Assembly (NCBI RefSeq): GCF_006345805.1
Contig: NC_043005.1
Span: 103,168,001-103,232,000 of the forward strand
Direction of reading: 5' to 3'
DNA: 64,000 nt
Source of the DNA: Octopus sinensis
Lineage: Eukaryota
Both the position numbers and the translations under genes were made by a program. Each line of letters opens with the position of its first letter. Position 1 is the first letter of the stretch. The notes beneath the pieces were generated by a model. The model saw only the letters and a program-made list of their open reading frames with translations, was not told the origin of the DNA and searched no databases. Positions 26,516 to 41,371 of this stretch are shown here, in pieces.

Positions 26516-26564
<49 letters not shown>

Positions 26565-28059
26565 CATACATTAGTTTATAGTCGAGTGCGTGTACGTGTG
26601 TATCCAGGCATGGATATATGTAGATGTATAGCTAATTGCATTGTTGACAATATCTCGACAAAACTCATTAGTCACTGTCGAGGTTTCTTCAACAAGTCAG
26701 CGATGCTATGGAAATAGCAGAATAATTTTCGAGAAGGTTACTATTAGATTATTGCTAAGACTAAGCCAGATAGATTTTTGCATGATATTGCTATTTCAAG
26801 ATGGGTTTCCTCATTTAATCTACGAAACTCTAAATTGCATCATTCACGTTTTCCATTTTAATCTGTTTAACAGAATTATGGTTCAATATCCATCAGAAGA
26901 TTGTGCATGGGGATTATATAATTTTGCGTAATTCACTTTGTCGCGTCTATTTTTTGTTATGCTGAATTTTGTAGAATGACATGTGAACACAAGTATCTGT
27001 CCGTTCATAATATCTGTTTGGTGTAGTTATTTTCTCTAAGACCCCAAGGTATGAACGTTCATACACATGGCTTCTCTAAAGAATCGTATATGTGTTCTAT
27101 ATATTTAGTAAATCTATTTTCTCCGTTGTTACACTGCTATAGATGGGTAAACCTTCTCAGCTATTTCTATATATCGATGTCATTCTAAGAAGCAATTAGG
27201 TTTAGGATTGTAAGAGTGTTTGTAGTGGTAGAGGATCAAAATATGTAGCACGGAAAATTAGATGGCTTCGGGTATTTTAGATATCTCCGTTTAGCATGTG
27301 AGTTCGAATTCCAGTAGGGATAGGTTTTCTCATTTTTTTTCAACAAACGAAGATGTGTTTAACAGACTAATACCATGGAAGATTCAACCAGCAGAGGCCC
27401 TATCTTTATTAAATCTTTGTGACCTCTTGTACCATTGGCAATTCCTCAATCGGAATTCCTTTCAGAATTTAATTTTGTCCAACTATTTTCAATATTGAAG
27501 ATGTACCTATAATTTACTTGATAACTTCTTCCTTGGAATTTGAGAAAATATTACTCCATGTTGAGGCAACCGAGTACGTTAATACTTGGATGATCATAGT
27601 TCGCGCATTTTTGTTTTTTACAATTATGAATAAGAATCCAGATAGTTTATAAGGACGGAACATTCAGAGTGACAATATTTGTAAAAGTGCAAATGTGCGC
27701 TGACAATGTTCACGAATGCACGGACCTCTGAGTAGGATGAGTTCAAACACAGGAAGAGGATAAATCAAGCATTCACTACATCTGTAATAGAATAATACTT
27801 GTTGATATTGGCTAATTATATGAATATGGTTTATGGAGGTATTAGTAAGAACTTATAGAAGATAATAATGGTTATGCTTTTGCAATTAGTCCTGTACTTG
27901 GCGGTTGTAAGGCAGTTCCAATCACATTTAACGGGAAATAGTGAACTCATTATTAGTGTCAATCTTGCACATAAAGCATATTTATACATGTGTGAGTGTT
28001 TAAATATGTACATATATGTTCACCTTCATACACAGACATATGTCTTGCAAACAACTTGC

Positions 28060-28535
28060 ACATGCAAGTGCTACCAGTCAATAACTCCGTATACCGGAAG
28101 CCAGCAAGTGTATGGGGTCATTAGGAGAGAATGCGCGCCATTTCGGGGCCTACATCTCGACGGCATCAATGCGCACCGGCCCCCCACACTGATATGAGGC
28201 CCCGCTTGCTAGATCAGTTGGTTATCAAATAAAGCTCAATATCCTTCTAGACATCTCTCATCGTCTCTTTTTAACCAAATCCAGTGGTTAGCCTTCTCCA
28301 CTGTAGATTGGATATCGGTCATTGTGGTATTGACTTTACGATGAGTTAGGACTAACGATAACAACAGTCGTCTCACACTGTGTTCAACGAACCCTCTACA
28401 TCCGACTTCGATTGGAAAATGCTCTGCTTTCCAGCCTGCATCTTCACATTCCTCGAGGAGGTTTACATAACGGTTACAGGCATAAAATAAGATTGCACCT
28501 TCTTGCCTTGAATAAGATATATGATTCTGCATTAA
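28060..28535 (-). mobile_element. HERO-like RLE LINE 3' end with GC-rich 3' UTR
   Basis: YVNLLEECEDAGWKAEHFPIEVGCRGFV..EKANHWIWLKR matches the HERO-clade C-terminal pattern (PIEVGCRGF). Confidence 0.8.
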
Positions 28536-28632
28536 TTAAAACGTTCGTGAACACTCGATAGTGGAACGATATTTTGGTGCTTCTGTTTTATTTAGACGCA
28601 CATATCGGCGCACAGACCATCACCGCGAGTAT

Positions 28633-28908
28633 GCATTTGTGTGCGTGCGTGTGTGTACTTGTGTGTGTTTAAGCGTTTATATTTGTACATGTACCAACAT
28701 AACCAATGCTACAAAAATGCGTAACTCAACTCAGATACATACACACATACATATTCACGCTCATACTCACATGCACACGTGTGCTCACACATGCACACAT
28801 ATGCATACCTATATTAAATACAAATCCAAATGTACATACATGTGTATATATGTGGATGTATTATGCATTATTTTTATTACACATTCATACCTAAACATTT
28901 GATTGCAT

Positions 28909-28925
<17 letters not shown>
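28633..28925 (+). repeat. Extra tandem copy of the inner about 300 bp of the right arm
   Basis: Repeats 28945-29245; the last about 120 bp are near-identical. Confidence 0.85.
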
Positions 28926-28939
<14 letters not shown>

Positions 28940-28949
<10 letters not shown>

Positions 28950-30343
28950 GTATGTGCGTGTGAGCGTGTGTGTGTGCATGTGTGTATTTATGAGTGTGTT
29001 TAAAAGTTTATGTGCGGAAGTGTACCAACATAGACAATGCTTCAAAAATGCGTAACTCACGCTCACACACACATACAAATTCACGCTCACACCCACATGT
29101 ACACACCCATGCTCACACATACACACATATGCATACCAGCGTTAAATACGAATCCAAATGTACATACATGTGTATATATGTGGATGTATTATGCATTATT
29201 TTTATTACACATTCATACCTAAACATTTGATTGCATTGATATATATATATATATATATATATATGCATACACATACTTATATATATCCATATAATCATCA
29301 ACTCGCAGATTTACATAGTCTCAAAATTCATATACGCATAGATGCATATATGTGCATATATACATATTTACGTAAATAAAAAATAGCGCCTATACAAATA
29401 TATACACATTAACCTGAAGCATAGACACAACGTCAAGTAATCAAGGTAAGTGAAGAGTATTAAGGTTACCGATCACATTGTTGAACGTAGCAACAAGCAG
29501 TGATATTATGCATAATAACAGGCCTTTTTCTCTTTGTTTTTCTCATTATGATTGATTATCGATTGTATTTTACATATGTCTCAGGTTATGTAGATACGAA
29601 TATCCTATGCCATAGACGGAATATTTCTATTTTACTAAACGTGCACGCGATCGTACACACACACACATATATATATATACATATCTGCATTGTTGTATGT
29701 ATGTATTGTCCATACATTTTCGTAAGTTTTGTTTCCTCGATTTTAAAATTCAGATTTAAACTTTATATATATATACAAATGTTGTTAATGTGGGCAATAT
29801 TTTACGTCATAAAGATATTTGGGAGAATTATTTTCATAAGGATGCGAGAATGTATCATGCATTTAAAATCTCATATAGTTTACATATCCAATAGAGGTGG
29901 AATCAACAAAAACTACTCCATCCAGTGAGAGATAAATATTAATTTAATACACAACTGAAAGAGATTCTAATAATTTCATGCTTCTACGTCACTTGAACAG
30001 GCATATTTATAAAATACGCCATATATATAGGCATGAAACCATTAATAGCTCTTTCTCTTGTGCATTATATTTATATACATCATTTGTTGTGCACGGTACT
30101 AAGATGGCAGCAAAGTGTAGGCAACTGAGTGGATGGATACTAAGATCCTTCAAGACAAAAGACCACGATATTATATTGACCTTTGATTTGAGCCGCCTGC
30201 TCTTAGCTTTTGTCAACACATAGTGCTAAACTAACAGTGGAGCTGAAGTGGTTCAACGTAATAAGTTTGAAGCAATGCATCAGAAAAGCTAGAGAAAGCG
30301 GCTGAAAAATCCTACAACTTTATTCCCTGGAGCGAAGGCATGA
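28940..30343 (+). repeat. Right arm of the 1.4-kb inverted duplication
   Basis: Reverse complement of 25078-26510. Confidence 0.95.
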
Positions 30344-30631
30344 CAGATATGTAATAATCTACATATGGAAAGCTTCACGGGGGCTATATATATATATACA
30401 TACGTGTGTGTGTATTTTAGGTATGGTTTATGAGTTCAACAAAAATGTAGATTCAGATGAATATGGCACCACATGATGGGGCACCAGAATTTAGCACGGT
30501 ATTATCCATACATTTCCAAAATAAGGTGATTAAAATCAAAATAATCAACAAGGATATCCAGAAATAATGCAGTAGAGTTGCATGAAACTATCGTACTGCA
30601 TTACCTCTGGATATCCTTGTTGCTTATTTTG

Positions 30632-30663
<32 letters not shown>

Positions 30664-31064
30664 GTATGCATGTATATACATGTAGCAATGCAACAATATA
30701 TACTTAAATCATACCATCTAAAAAAAATTAAAGATGCAATGAAACATTTACCTAGAACTATATGAATTACGAAATAATAAATAAATAGTATATAATTAGT
30801 AAATAGACTAAACATGTTTCGTGGCTATATTTTCAAACAGAATTGAGTATCAGTTTCTACACCTATTGAAACACCTATTTTGTTCGATTTTTTATTGAAA
30901 AATTACATATTTTTATATATATTCATATTTTCTTATAAGGTAATATACGTATATTTATTTTATTATTTTATTGTTTTTATTATGGACCTGATGAGTGACT
31001 ATATTTAAATTGAATTGATTTTACTCTTATCATTATGAAAATATAGCCAACCTTTTTATCTTAA

Positions 31065-31168
31065 AGATAAGATGACTTCGGCGGAATTTGAACTCAGAAC
31101 GTAGTGACAGAAGAAATACCGCGAAGTATTTCTCCCGGCGTGCTAACGATTCTTCTAGCTGGCCGCCT
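31065..31168 (-). mobile_element. SINE family A, 5' part
   Basis: Reverse complement of the family A head. Confidence 0.75.
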
Positions 31169-31185
31169 GAATAATAATAATAATA

Positions 31186-31251
<66 letters not shown>

Positions 31252-31299
31252 TGATGATGGTGATGATGACGATGATGGTGATGACGACGACGACGACAA

Positions 31300-31592
31300 C
31301 GACCGATCAGTGGCTGAGAAACTCAGGACTGAAAGCAGAGGCGCAAGATCAAAGCTTGCTCACAACAGTTCTGACCCTAAATGGAGATAGATTCTGCGAC
31401 ACATCTGACGAAACAATACACCATCTAGTCTCAGGATTTCCTGTGCTGTCACCAAACAAATGCAAAAATCTCCACGATAGGTTAAGACAGTATATATATT
31501 GGAAAATATGTAAAGGCTCGAAACTCAGCACACCTGCTTACTTGTATGAACATCATCCTGTACTAATTGTGGAAGGTAAAAATGTCACTATT
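31300..31592 (+). mobile_element. R4/Dong-type LINE fragment (CCHC region)
   Basis: DQWLRNSGLKAEAQDQSL..FCDTSDETIHHLVSG..HDRLRQYIYWKIC..YEHHP. Confidence 0.85.
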
Positions 31593-31692
31593 GATAATGT
31601 CCTATTAATAATGCATAAATAATGTCCTATTAATAATATGCATTAATAATGTCCTATTAATAATGCATTAATAATGTCCTATTAATAATGCA
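31593..31692 (+). repeat. 25-bp minisatellite (taatgtcctattaataatgcattaa), about 4 copies
   Basis: Direct tandem units are visible. Confidence 0.9.
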
Positions 31693-33095
31693 GAAATCGC
31701 TACATATAAATATGGCACAATATGCAATTAATGCGATCGTAACGCATGCCGGACTATTATTATGAATAAGCCAACTGTGAATAAACATGAAGTTTGAATG
31801 TTCAAATTCTTCATTCTCCTTATTATCAATATTGTGCTTTACACTCTAAGTAGCCAGTAAAAGACTGTAACATCTGATGGGAGTTAAAGGAAATTTACCA
31901 TAAAACGCACCGCCTGAAGGAACCAGCCTTGACATTTTACATTGAGAAATTCTTTGTCTGCCTAGATATTATATCCCTCCTCCTACTATATATATGTGTG
32001 TGTGTGCGTGTGTTTATAAAATGTATAACTGTTCTATAAAATGTTATGATGAATTTCACAAAGGAACGATATAATAAAGTGATACAAAGAGTGAGAGAGA
32101 GAAGGAGAGAGACAAACAGAAACCTATATATGCCACTAACATAAAGTTAGGATTTATAAAATAGAGAAAATATTGATAGGACAACACACCTTGTTTAACA
32201 GTGTCTCTGTTACACAAATCAATTGGAAATCATTTCTTCAACTGAAACTATATCACATCAATTATATCGATATATGTAGACTAAGGTGAGCAATAAGCTC
32301 TGATATTTTTTCTGAAAATTCTCTTTAAAATGCAAATATACATAGCCAAACCCTGCTTTAACTATCCAAATCTTTCTCGGTTGTTGTAGGTTCAACTAAA
32401 AATATGAAAGAGTGCATTGTTTTGTTTCATCCATATAAAAGAAAGCAGATCTCATGCCAAGAATTACAGACACCTCAGTATATGTCTTTAGGATATCTCT
32501 AAGGTCACAATGAATAATCAATGGAGAATATAATGTGCGTGATACACAGCACAAACTCCATTAAACAGAACCTTACTGAAGCTCTTCTATTGGAGCAGAT
32601 TACACTGCTTTGCGATTGCATCTGCACGAGCAGAAAAATTTAATGTGATATAATTTAATTTTCGCAGGATTTTCGGCAATGTCTGGTAATGTCTCGAGAT
32701 ATATAGTTTAGAAAATCTGGGGAAAATATATTAAATATAATAAATATTAAATCTGGGGAAAATATTATAAAGATATTATCAAAATGAGTTGTATCATCAC
32801 ATCCTTTCATTTGGCCTCTTTTCAAAATATTTTACAGTACCCACTTACACGTACCTGCACATGCATCTGTAAAACGACCGTACGAAAGGAGATGGCAACG
32901 AAGGAATGTCTCCTTTTTAACTCCACACGGTCGCCTTACAATGAAGCCAAATATGTTGGATAATGAATAAGAGTGCCACAATGAATAAGGAGAAAACACA
33001 ACCGTGTAATGTTTAAGAGGAAGATTCAGATATTAACATGTGGGTAACAGAGCGTGTGTACGTGAGTGCGACAGTAATGTGTGTCTGTGTGTTCG

Positions 33096-33895
33096 TGTCA
33101 TAACAGTGCCTGTGTACGTGTGTGCTTTATAAGTGTGGGATAATAATACAGAGCATAGAAAAGAGTTTCTGAGGACGCTACAAGTAGATCACACAAGATG
33201 TAAATAAATACCAGTTCGTAGTAAGAAACGAAATAGTAATAGTTCTGTATCAATGAAGTTGGGGTTACAAGGCAGATGCCGGTTGAATACCTGTCGTACA
33301 GCGGTTGTGACTTCAATGCCGTGACGAGTTACTTTGGTACAGAAATTCTCCCAGGTAGAGTTAGCTGTTTACCTTGGTGAGTATTCACAAACAGCGTGTA
33401 GTTACACCTGGGCAATGTTGATGTTGGTGTGTACGTAGACATGTTGGTAGTGTCGATAAGCTGAAAGGCTACGGTGGTGAAAGGCAACGGTAAGATGACG
33501 ACAACGGTGGTGAAAGGTCCTGAAATGCTGCAGGTGGTGTTGGGGTCGTGGTCGATGGAACTGGAACTGGCTGAGTCGCTCTGTGTCAGAGGTTAGTCCT
33601 AAGAAGGACTAGAACCAAAGACCCAATACGGTTTGTTGATCTAGCTTTTAAAGAGGTCAGGTAGCTCAAACGAAACATTTAGAAGTGTGTCACGGGACCT
33701 TATCTGAAGGCTGCGATTGGTTGGTTTACACATTGGCGCAAAATAAAGCAAGAGTTAAAACTGCACCAAAACCACCCAATCGGAGCAGCGGACAAAACCG
33801 GGCCTAAGCAGCCGAAGGCCGGTTGTTATAGGCCACGTCCGCATTTGTATTATATCTCTCAAAGAGAGATAACGTATTTCACTAAGCGCCACACA
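33096..33895 (-). mobile_element. Possible solo LTR or unclassified GC-richer repeat
   Basis: About 800-bp higher-GC island with TG..CA-like ends and CCAAT/TATA-like motifs on the minus strand; no matching TSD found. Confidence 0.3.
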
Positions 33896-34756
33896 TCTAT
33901 ACACAAACGCGCATGGTAAACTCTAAACAAACGCATACGACAAACGCGCATGGCAGCAAACATTCAAATGCACAGATACATAAATACATATAAATACACA
34001 TACACATATACACACATCCTCAAACACATATATATGTATATATGTGTGTGTGTGTATATGCATGTATGTACGTATATATGTGTGTATGTATGCATGTAAG
34101 TTCGTATGTATTTATGAAGGTATATATATATGAAGGCCCGTATGTATACCTGTGTATATTTGTGTTTACATTATTTCAGTTGCAAATATACAAAACCATT
34201 GAGTTTTCAGGTCCAGAGTTATTGGTTTTAATGAGAAATTGATAAACTGTAGCATGTCTCCAAAGATAGGGATATTTCCATGTAGACAGACAGAGACATT
34301 GATAGCAGGGTTGGAGCAATTGTAAAAGAGACGAACCAGTTCTGTAGGTACATCGTTTTATTGTAGTGGAAAAGTGTATGGAGAAATAGGTGATGGTAAC
34401 TGTTAGCGAAAATTACTGTTGCTGATATTCAAATGTTAGGTAGGAACGACAGAATGCTACAATTTATATATGGGATTAATGCAAATACAGGTAACTGTTG
34501 AGAAAATAGAGCATACTGTTGGTAGAAAAAAGGGCGCAGTGTTGAATATACGAACTGTGTTAAAATACAAGAAACATTTCTATGTCTTATAGAAAAGAAC
34601 CATGTAAAAAAAAAACAGAGACAACATCAAAAATATAATAGACATTTTGTACAGCTTCACTCATAACAGTATATATATATAATAATTATTTGGGGAAATA
34701 TTATTCCTAACGTACAGGGAAAAATTCAATTTAGAAATACTAAATAAAATTTCACA

Positions 34757-35100
34757 AAATATAATATATATATAAAAATGAGAAAAAAACATATTTTATC
34801 AATTCAAAATGAACAATTAAATTACACCATCTAGAAAATTACATATAATAGAAATATTAAAAATAAAATAACAATAATATACCGATGATTAAGTAAATTG
34901 CAAAATAATAATAATATATACCAAATATATACGTTTTTATTATTATTTTGCAATTTACTTAATCATCGGTATAGTATTGTTATTTCATTTTTAATATTTC
35001 TATTATATGTCATTTTCTAGATGGTGGAATTTAATTGTTCATTTTGAATTGATAAAAAGTGATTTTTTTTCTAATTTATATATATATATATATTATATTT
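34757..35100. repeat. AT-rich fold-back with about 160-bp arms (34757-34914 and 34937-35100) and a 22-nt spacer
   Basis: About 90% reverse-complement identity; (TA)n-like flanks. Confidence 0.9.
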
Positions 35101-36240
35101 AAGTATGTCCGTGCGTTTATGTTTATATGTTTAAATGTGAGTACGCAAACATACAAACTTCTAACCTGTTCCAATAGAAACAACAATCTGATTGCAGGAA
35201 CCCTCTCAAACCTTCATACTATAAAAAGATAAAGGCAAAAGACATTATTAGCTGTTTCCGGAAATGCTACAAATGTTATGTATTGAAATACTTAACATTT
35301 TAGAGAATAATTCACGAGTTTTTCGAGTTGTTTTTATGCATTTGTTTGCGATGTTTCACTTCATGAATTGAAAGCAATAAAGTCAATAATAAACAAACAC
35401 ACAATGAGACAAATATTGCAGGACTTCAAACAGGATATTGTAGACAATGGTACTGGGAGAAAGAACGCCAGATATATGGAAGTGACGGAGAGATTTAATG
35501 CCAGGAACGTACACTACAAAATACGTAGATTTTTAATTTATTGTTTTAAATTACAGTATATGTATGTACATACATATGTACATAAATACACACATACACA
35601 TACACGTTGATTATATGTACACAGATACATAAATACACATATATGTGTATGTGTGTGTGTGTGTGCGCGATAGATAGATAGAGACAAACATATAACATTT
35701 ATATAATTAAAATTATTATTAGAAAGAATTTTACAACCATGTTAAAATTTATTAATTCGTGGCAAGGAGACAGTATTTTGTTTCGAAAACATAGTATATT
35801 ACCCGGTATATTAAATGTTTACAAGTGAATACAGTGTCTTATGTTTCGTATTAGCAGTGCAATACTCTCTCTTTGAAGAGATAATATTGTCTATAGCATT
35901 CAGAACCAGCATTCATATACGAATACCACCATTCATATATGAATACGCCGATACAAGCAATACTAGCGAAGCTAGAAAAATAATTGATGGTTGTATATGC
36001 TTATTCTAAGTGTTATTACCCTTTCATTGACCCTTTCATTAGCCCCACATCCAAGCCATCAACTATTCCCGAACGCATTGCTTAAATACCGACTACGTTT
36101 AGCGGTGAAGCACTATATGATAGACCAATGTACATATTAAACATATTCTGGCAGTTAGTACTACACTATTAATTACTAACAATGACACAGTATTTCTTTT
36201 TCCACCATAGCATAGTATCAAATATATTGAAGTCCATTTC

Positions 36241-36398
36241 ATCGAAGTCAGTGTTTAATTGGCTCTAGCTTCATCGACTCCGAAATGATGAAAGGCAAAG
36301 TCAACCTCAGCACAATTTGAACGCAGAATTTAAAGATGGATGAAATACCACTAAGCATTCTGCCCGGCGGGCTAGCAATTCTACCTGCTCGATGCCTC
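36241..36398 (-). mobile_element. SINE family A, diverged
   Basis: gatgaaaggcaaagtcaacctc..gctagcaattctacc. Confidence 0.75.
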
Positions 36399-36764
36399 CG
36401 CTTTAAGATTCATATTACTAACATTAATTATGTCATTAATATCAAATATTAAAACTTACATGACAAAGAGATAATAAGGGAAAATGACAGGAGTGTGGTT
36501 AGAGATAGTTTATGGTAATAGTCAGTGCAGTCAAGTTCGCATGTGAGTTTGTGCATGCCAATGGGTTTGGTATGTTCGGAACTATCTTTTGGCATAACTT
36601 TAGCATAATCCGAGGAGTTGAAATGCCTTGAATCTCTGTAGGTTCTTATGTAATCCCTACATGTCCTATTAACATACACAAGCAAGCTCACACATACGTA
36701 CATACATATATACATATATACATATATACATAATATATACATACATACATACATGCATACATAC

Positions 36765-36795
<31 letters not shown>

Positions 36796-36973
36796 AATAC
36801 ATACATACATACATACATATATACATACATACATACATACATACATACATACATAAATACATACATACATACATATATACATACATACATACATACATAC
36901 ATGCATACATACATGCATATATACATACATACATGCATACATGCGTGCGCACACACATACACATCTATACACA

Positions 36974-37191
36974 CGACGGGGTGCTAAAAAGTTTCTGGCT
37001 TTAAAGGTATCACAAAAGACCTGATTGGAGGCCCCTATATTTCAAATTCTTTTACAGGGCTTAGAAAAACTGAAGGACCGCTGAAATAAGTGTGTGAATC
37101 TGAGAGGGGAATATGGCGAATAAAATTATAATTTACTGATCCTCTTGTATTTTCTTTTACCCAAAGCCAAACATTTTAAACACCCCCTCTT
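36974..37191 (+). mobile_element. mariner-derived MITE
   Basis: Imperfect TIRs ggggtgctaaaaagtttctggcttt / aaagccaaacattttaaacacccc; internal QGLEKLKDR*NKCVNLRGEY matches a mariner C-terminus. Confidence 0.75.
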
Positions 37192-38368
37192 ATACACATA
37201 AATACGAGAGAATCCCACTGTTCTCATCTATCAAATTCTCTCACATGGGTCGGGATGGTAATAAAAAAAAAGGTACCAAAGGTGCTGCATGGGACGCTAA
37301 TCAAAACCATGTGGTTGAAAAGTGAGCCTACTTAACGAACATTTTACATGTACAGTAGAATTAGTAAATGGAAAAGCATTTGACGTTGGCAATGATGAGA
37401 ATGTTTTTGATCATATTGAATAGTTTACATGTAAGCTTGCTTAGAGTTATATTATGTTTTCCTTTTTATGAAAATGTGTGAAAGCAGAAGATATGGAAGT
37501 GTTAATGGCGCTTTGCAGGTCCTATACGACAAGCTGAAGGAAAGCGTAAAGGTAATTAAATAATTGGCGAGATCTCAACTCGGAACACAAGCAAACGGTC
37601 AAAACGCTGCAAGGTAACATTTTCTAGCTTCCCAAATTTCTGCCCACCCACTTCTGCGGATTACTTGATTATTGATTCCGAAAAGATGAATTAAAATTTT
37701 TGATTTGCTTAGGCGGTATCGAACACCGTGCACAAAGAACCGGAAAAAATACTACGAAGTTTCTACCCGATAGTCTAAAAATGCTAACTGCTACACACCT
37801 TGCGTATCAAAACATCCATTAATAACTCGATTTCGACAAACAGAACAAAGCTTACTTCTACAATTCAGAGCCATCTCCTATTAACGGTATGCGAACTTAA
37901 CTAGAATTTTAATGATTCGTGGCCATTTCTAACTATATCAATGGAATTGCAACACAATATCCATACATATCATTCTATTTTAAGCATTGATATATACTTC
38001 CATGTAATTCGTTACTTTTATCAATGGTGTTGAGAAAATTGTCTAAATCTAAAATTAGTGCTTGTATTTTTCCACATTCTTTGGTACATTTAAATTTGTT
38101 TATAACTGAATTAAAACGACTTTCAGTATCCTCTTCTCATTCATCATATTTCGTATCGAAAATTAGCTTTTAAATTAGGATTTTAACTATCACGTATAAA
38201 TTATATGAAACATTTATATATGAATAATTTTTATACCTTTTCAACGACCGTGTCTTCTATATCATTTAATGTTCATGTTAACAATATCATAATAACTGTC
38301 CTCCTCTTCTTCCTGTTCTTCTTCTCCCTCCTCCTCCTGCTCATCATCATCATTATCATTGTATCATT

Positions 38369-38459
<91 letters not shown>

Positions 38460-38909
38460 TATTATTATTATTATTATCATCATCGTCATCCTTATTATTA
38501 TTATTATTATTATTATTGTTGTTGTTATTATTGTTATTATTATTATTATTATTATTATTGTTGTTGTTATTATTATTATTATTATATTATTATTATTATT
38601 ATTAAAGTTTTTTATAGCTACTTTCACTGAAATATGCGAAAGTGACGCTACAACTTTGCATGCATTATGAATGCAGTTTGTCATTTTGCTTGACATCAAA
38701 GAACCTTTTCTGTATTCGACAACAAAATGGCATCCAAGAATCAAACAAACAAATGAAGAAGGGAATTAACACGCAACTGAAATAGAGTACTTTCATTTCC
38801 TTTCTTTAAAGAATGAAAAATAGAATTCACTCTGCATTAAACAAACACCCACTCATATATATGAATATACATGTATGTATGTATGTATGTATGTATGTAT
38901 GTATGTATG

Positions 38910-38961
<52 letters not shown>

Positions 38962-40261
38962 GTTTTAGTTATCTATCAATCGTTTTGCCTATCTCTCATA
39001 CTCCTTGTCTGTATTTATATATATATATGTATATGTACGTGTATGTGTATCGCACATGCCTATATTTCATCAAAATGTTAATCCCATCCATTCTTACACC
39101 TAACACCCACACCCACACTCACACATACACACACACAAATATATATATATATTATATATATATATGTGTGTGTGTGTGGTGTGTGTGTGTGTGTGTGTGT
39201 GTATACGAACATTAATGGAAAGTTTGCCTTGAGAAATATGCATGTCAAATTAATGGAATCCATCAGGGTCCATGGATTTTCTAAATAAAATTTAATAATA
39301 TCCAATGGATATAGTGATATATTACCATAAAAATACATGTCATGCCGAAACATGTGTAGCAATGCATTAATAAAAATATAAAAACTCCATCAGTGAAATG
39401 TTTCTTGTTATTAATATGTGTGTGTGTCTGTGTTTGTGGCTCTGTATGTGTATATATATAGAGAGAGAGGGTGAGAGGGAGAGAAAGAAAGAGAGAGATA
39501 TTAGTGGATAGGTAGATAGATAGACAGACAGACTGGAAGACAGATAGAGTGAGATAAGAATGAATAAGTTAGGTGTCAGATGAAGGACTGTAGGTGGATA
39601 GAAGTTTGAGAATGTGATAATGAAAAGTAAGTAATAAAAAGCTGATGATGTTAGATGAGAATATATAGAATGTATTTTTATCAACATCATCATCTCATTA
39701 TCATATTTTAATATCCACACAATCGCATTGGTCAGACTATATATTTTTAGGTAGATTTTCTATGATGAAATGCCCATTTTGTTGCCACAAAAGGAAATGA
39801 CCAAAAAAGGAAATTTTCTCCTAGTCCTTTAAATACAGACAGTGAAATAGGCAAATACAGTTTAATAGAAGAATGGAAACAAAGTCGCCACAAGTAAGGT
39901 GGTAATTCTTATTTACAACTCACTCGGGAATGATATCAAGGAAAGGAGACATTCACATGCACATTTGTAAGAATGGATGGAATTAATATTTTAATGAAAT
40001 ATAAGCATCTATGATGCACAACGATGCTAGGGTAAGAATTCTCAGAGAATAGTAGTCAGTTGTTGTTAGAATTGAATTCGATTAATCCATGGCCTAGTGT
40101 GCAGTTTATGACCAGCAGAAAAATGTTGCAATGTGAAATTATTGTTAGAATTGAAATTAAACAGATGAAAATCAATTTGATTATAACTTCTCAAGGTGTA
40201 CTGTTCCATGTAATTCTTCACATAATCAACTTTGGAAAACAAATCTCAGCGTAAAGAGTAG

Positions 40262-40330
40262 AGAGGCAATTTTCTCTATTTGGCGAGTTGTGTTCTTGAG
40301 CAAAACACTTCATTTCACGTTGCACTGAGT
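40262..40330 (+). mobile_element. CORE-SINE-like fragment
   Basis: gttgtgttcttgagcaaaacacttcatttcacgttgc resembles the CORE domain. Confidence 0.55.
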
Positions 40331-40343
40331 ATACATATATATA

Positions 40344-40433
<90 letters not shown>

Positions 40434-40891
40434 ACTATACATATACATACATGCACGCATATACACACAAATTTTATATGGGATTTATAAATCCCATATA
40501 AAATTTAGATACTATTGTACTTTTAGTTTCTTCATTCAACTCAACTGTTATTAGCATTGAAATAAGTTATTAAACACAATCATTATATAGAAAATACTTT
40601 CCTATTATTCCTGTTCGATAAACTTTGCAGCTTTGTGCTCTTTTGGGAAATTATTTGTTGGAGAAGACCAGATATTTCGCTGCACTAAAATTTATAAAAT
40701 CAATATTTGGAAGACGCAAAATGTGAGTCTGATGATGTACCACGCTAATATCTAAAACCGCCAACATTACGTGATTTTTTACATCGCATTTTTGCGCAAG
40801 CTGACGGTGCAAGCAGAGTAAGTACAGAAGCAATTGTAACAAATGCTTAAAGATGTGTTAAAGAAATTATTTGTGTTCTTATTATTTGGTT

Positions 40892-40924
<33 letters not shown>

Positions 40925-41070
40925 TATATATATGCATACACACACAAAAACACACAACGAACGTACATACATAAGTTTATTATATGTACGTGCGCATGTG
41001 TCATCTGTATAAGTGCAATGTGATAGTGATTATATGTGAAATGTACGTATGTATATATATATAATATATA

Positions 41071-41135
<65 letters not shown>

Positions 41136-41202
41136 AAGAGAAAGACAGGGAGAAAGAGATAGACAGACAGACAGATAGATAGATAGATAGATAAATAGAT
41201 AT

Positions 41203-41247
<45 letters not shown>

Positions 41248-41314
41248 CAGGCAGACAGATAAATAGATAGATAAATAGATAGATAGACAGACAGACAGAC
41301 AGATAGATAGATAG

Positions 41315-41371
<57 letters not shown>

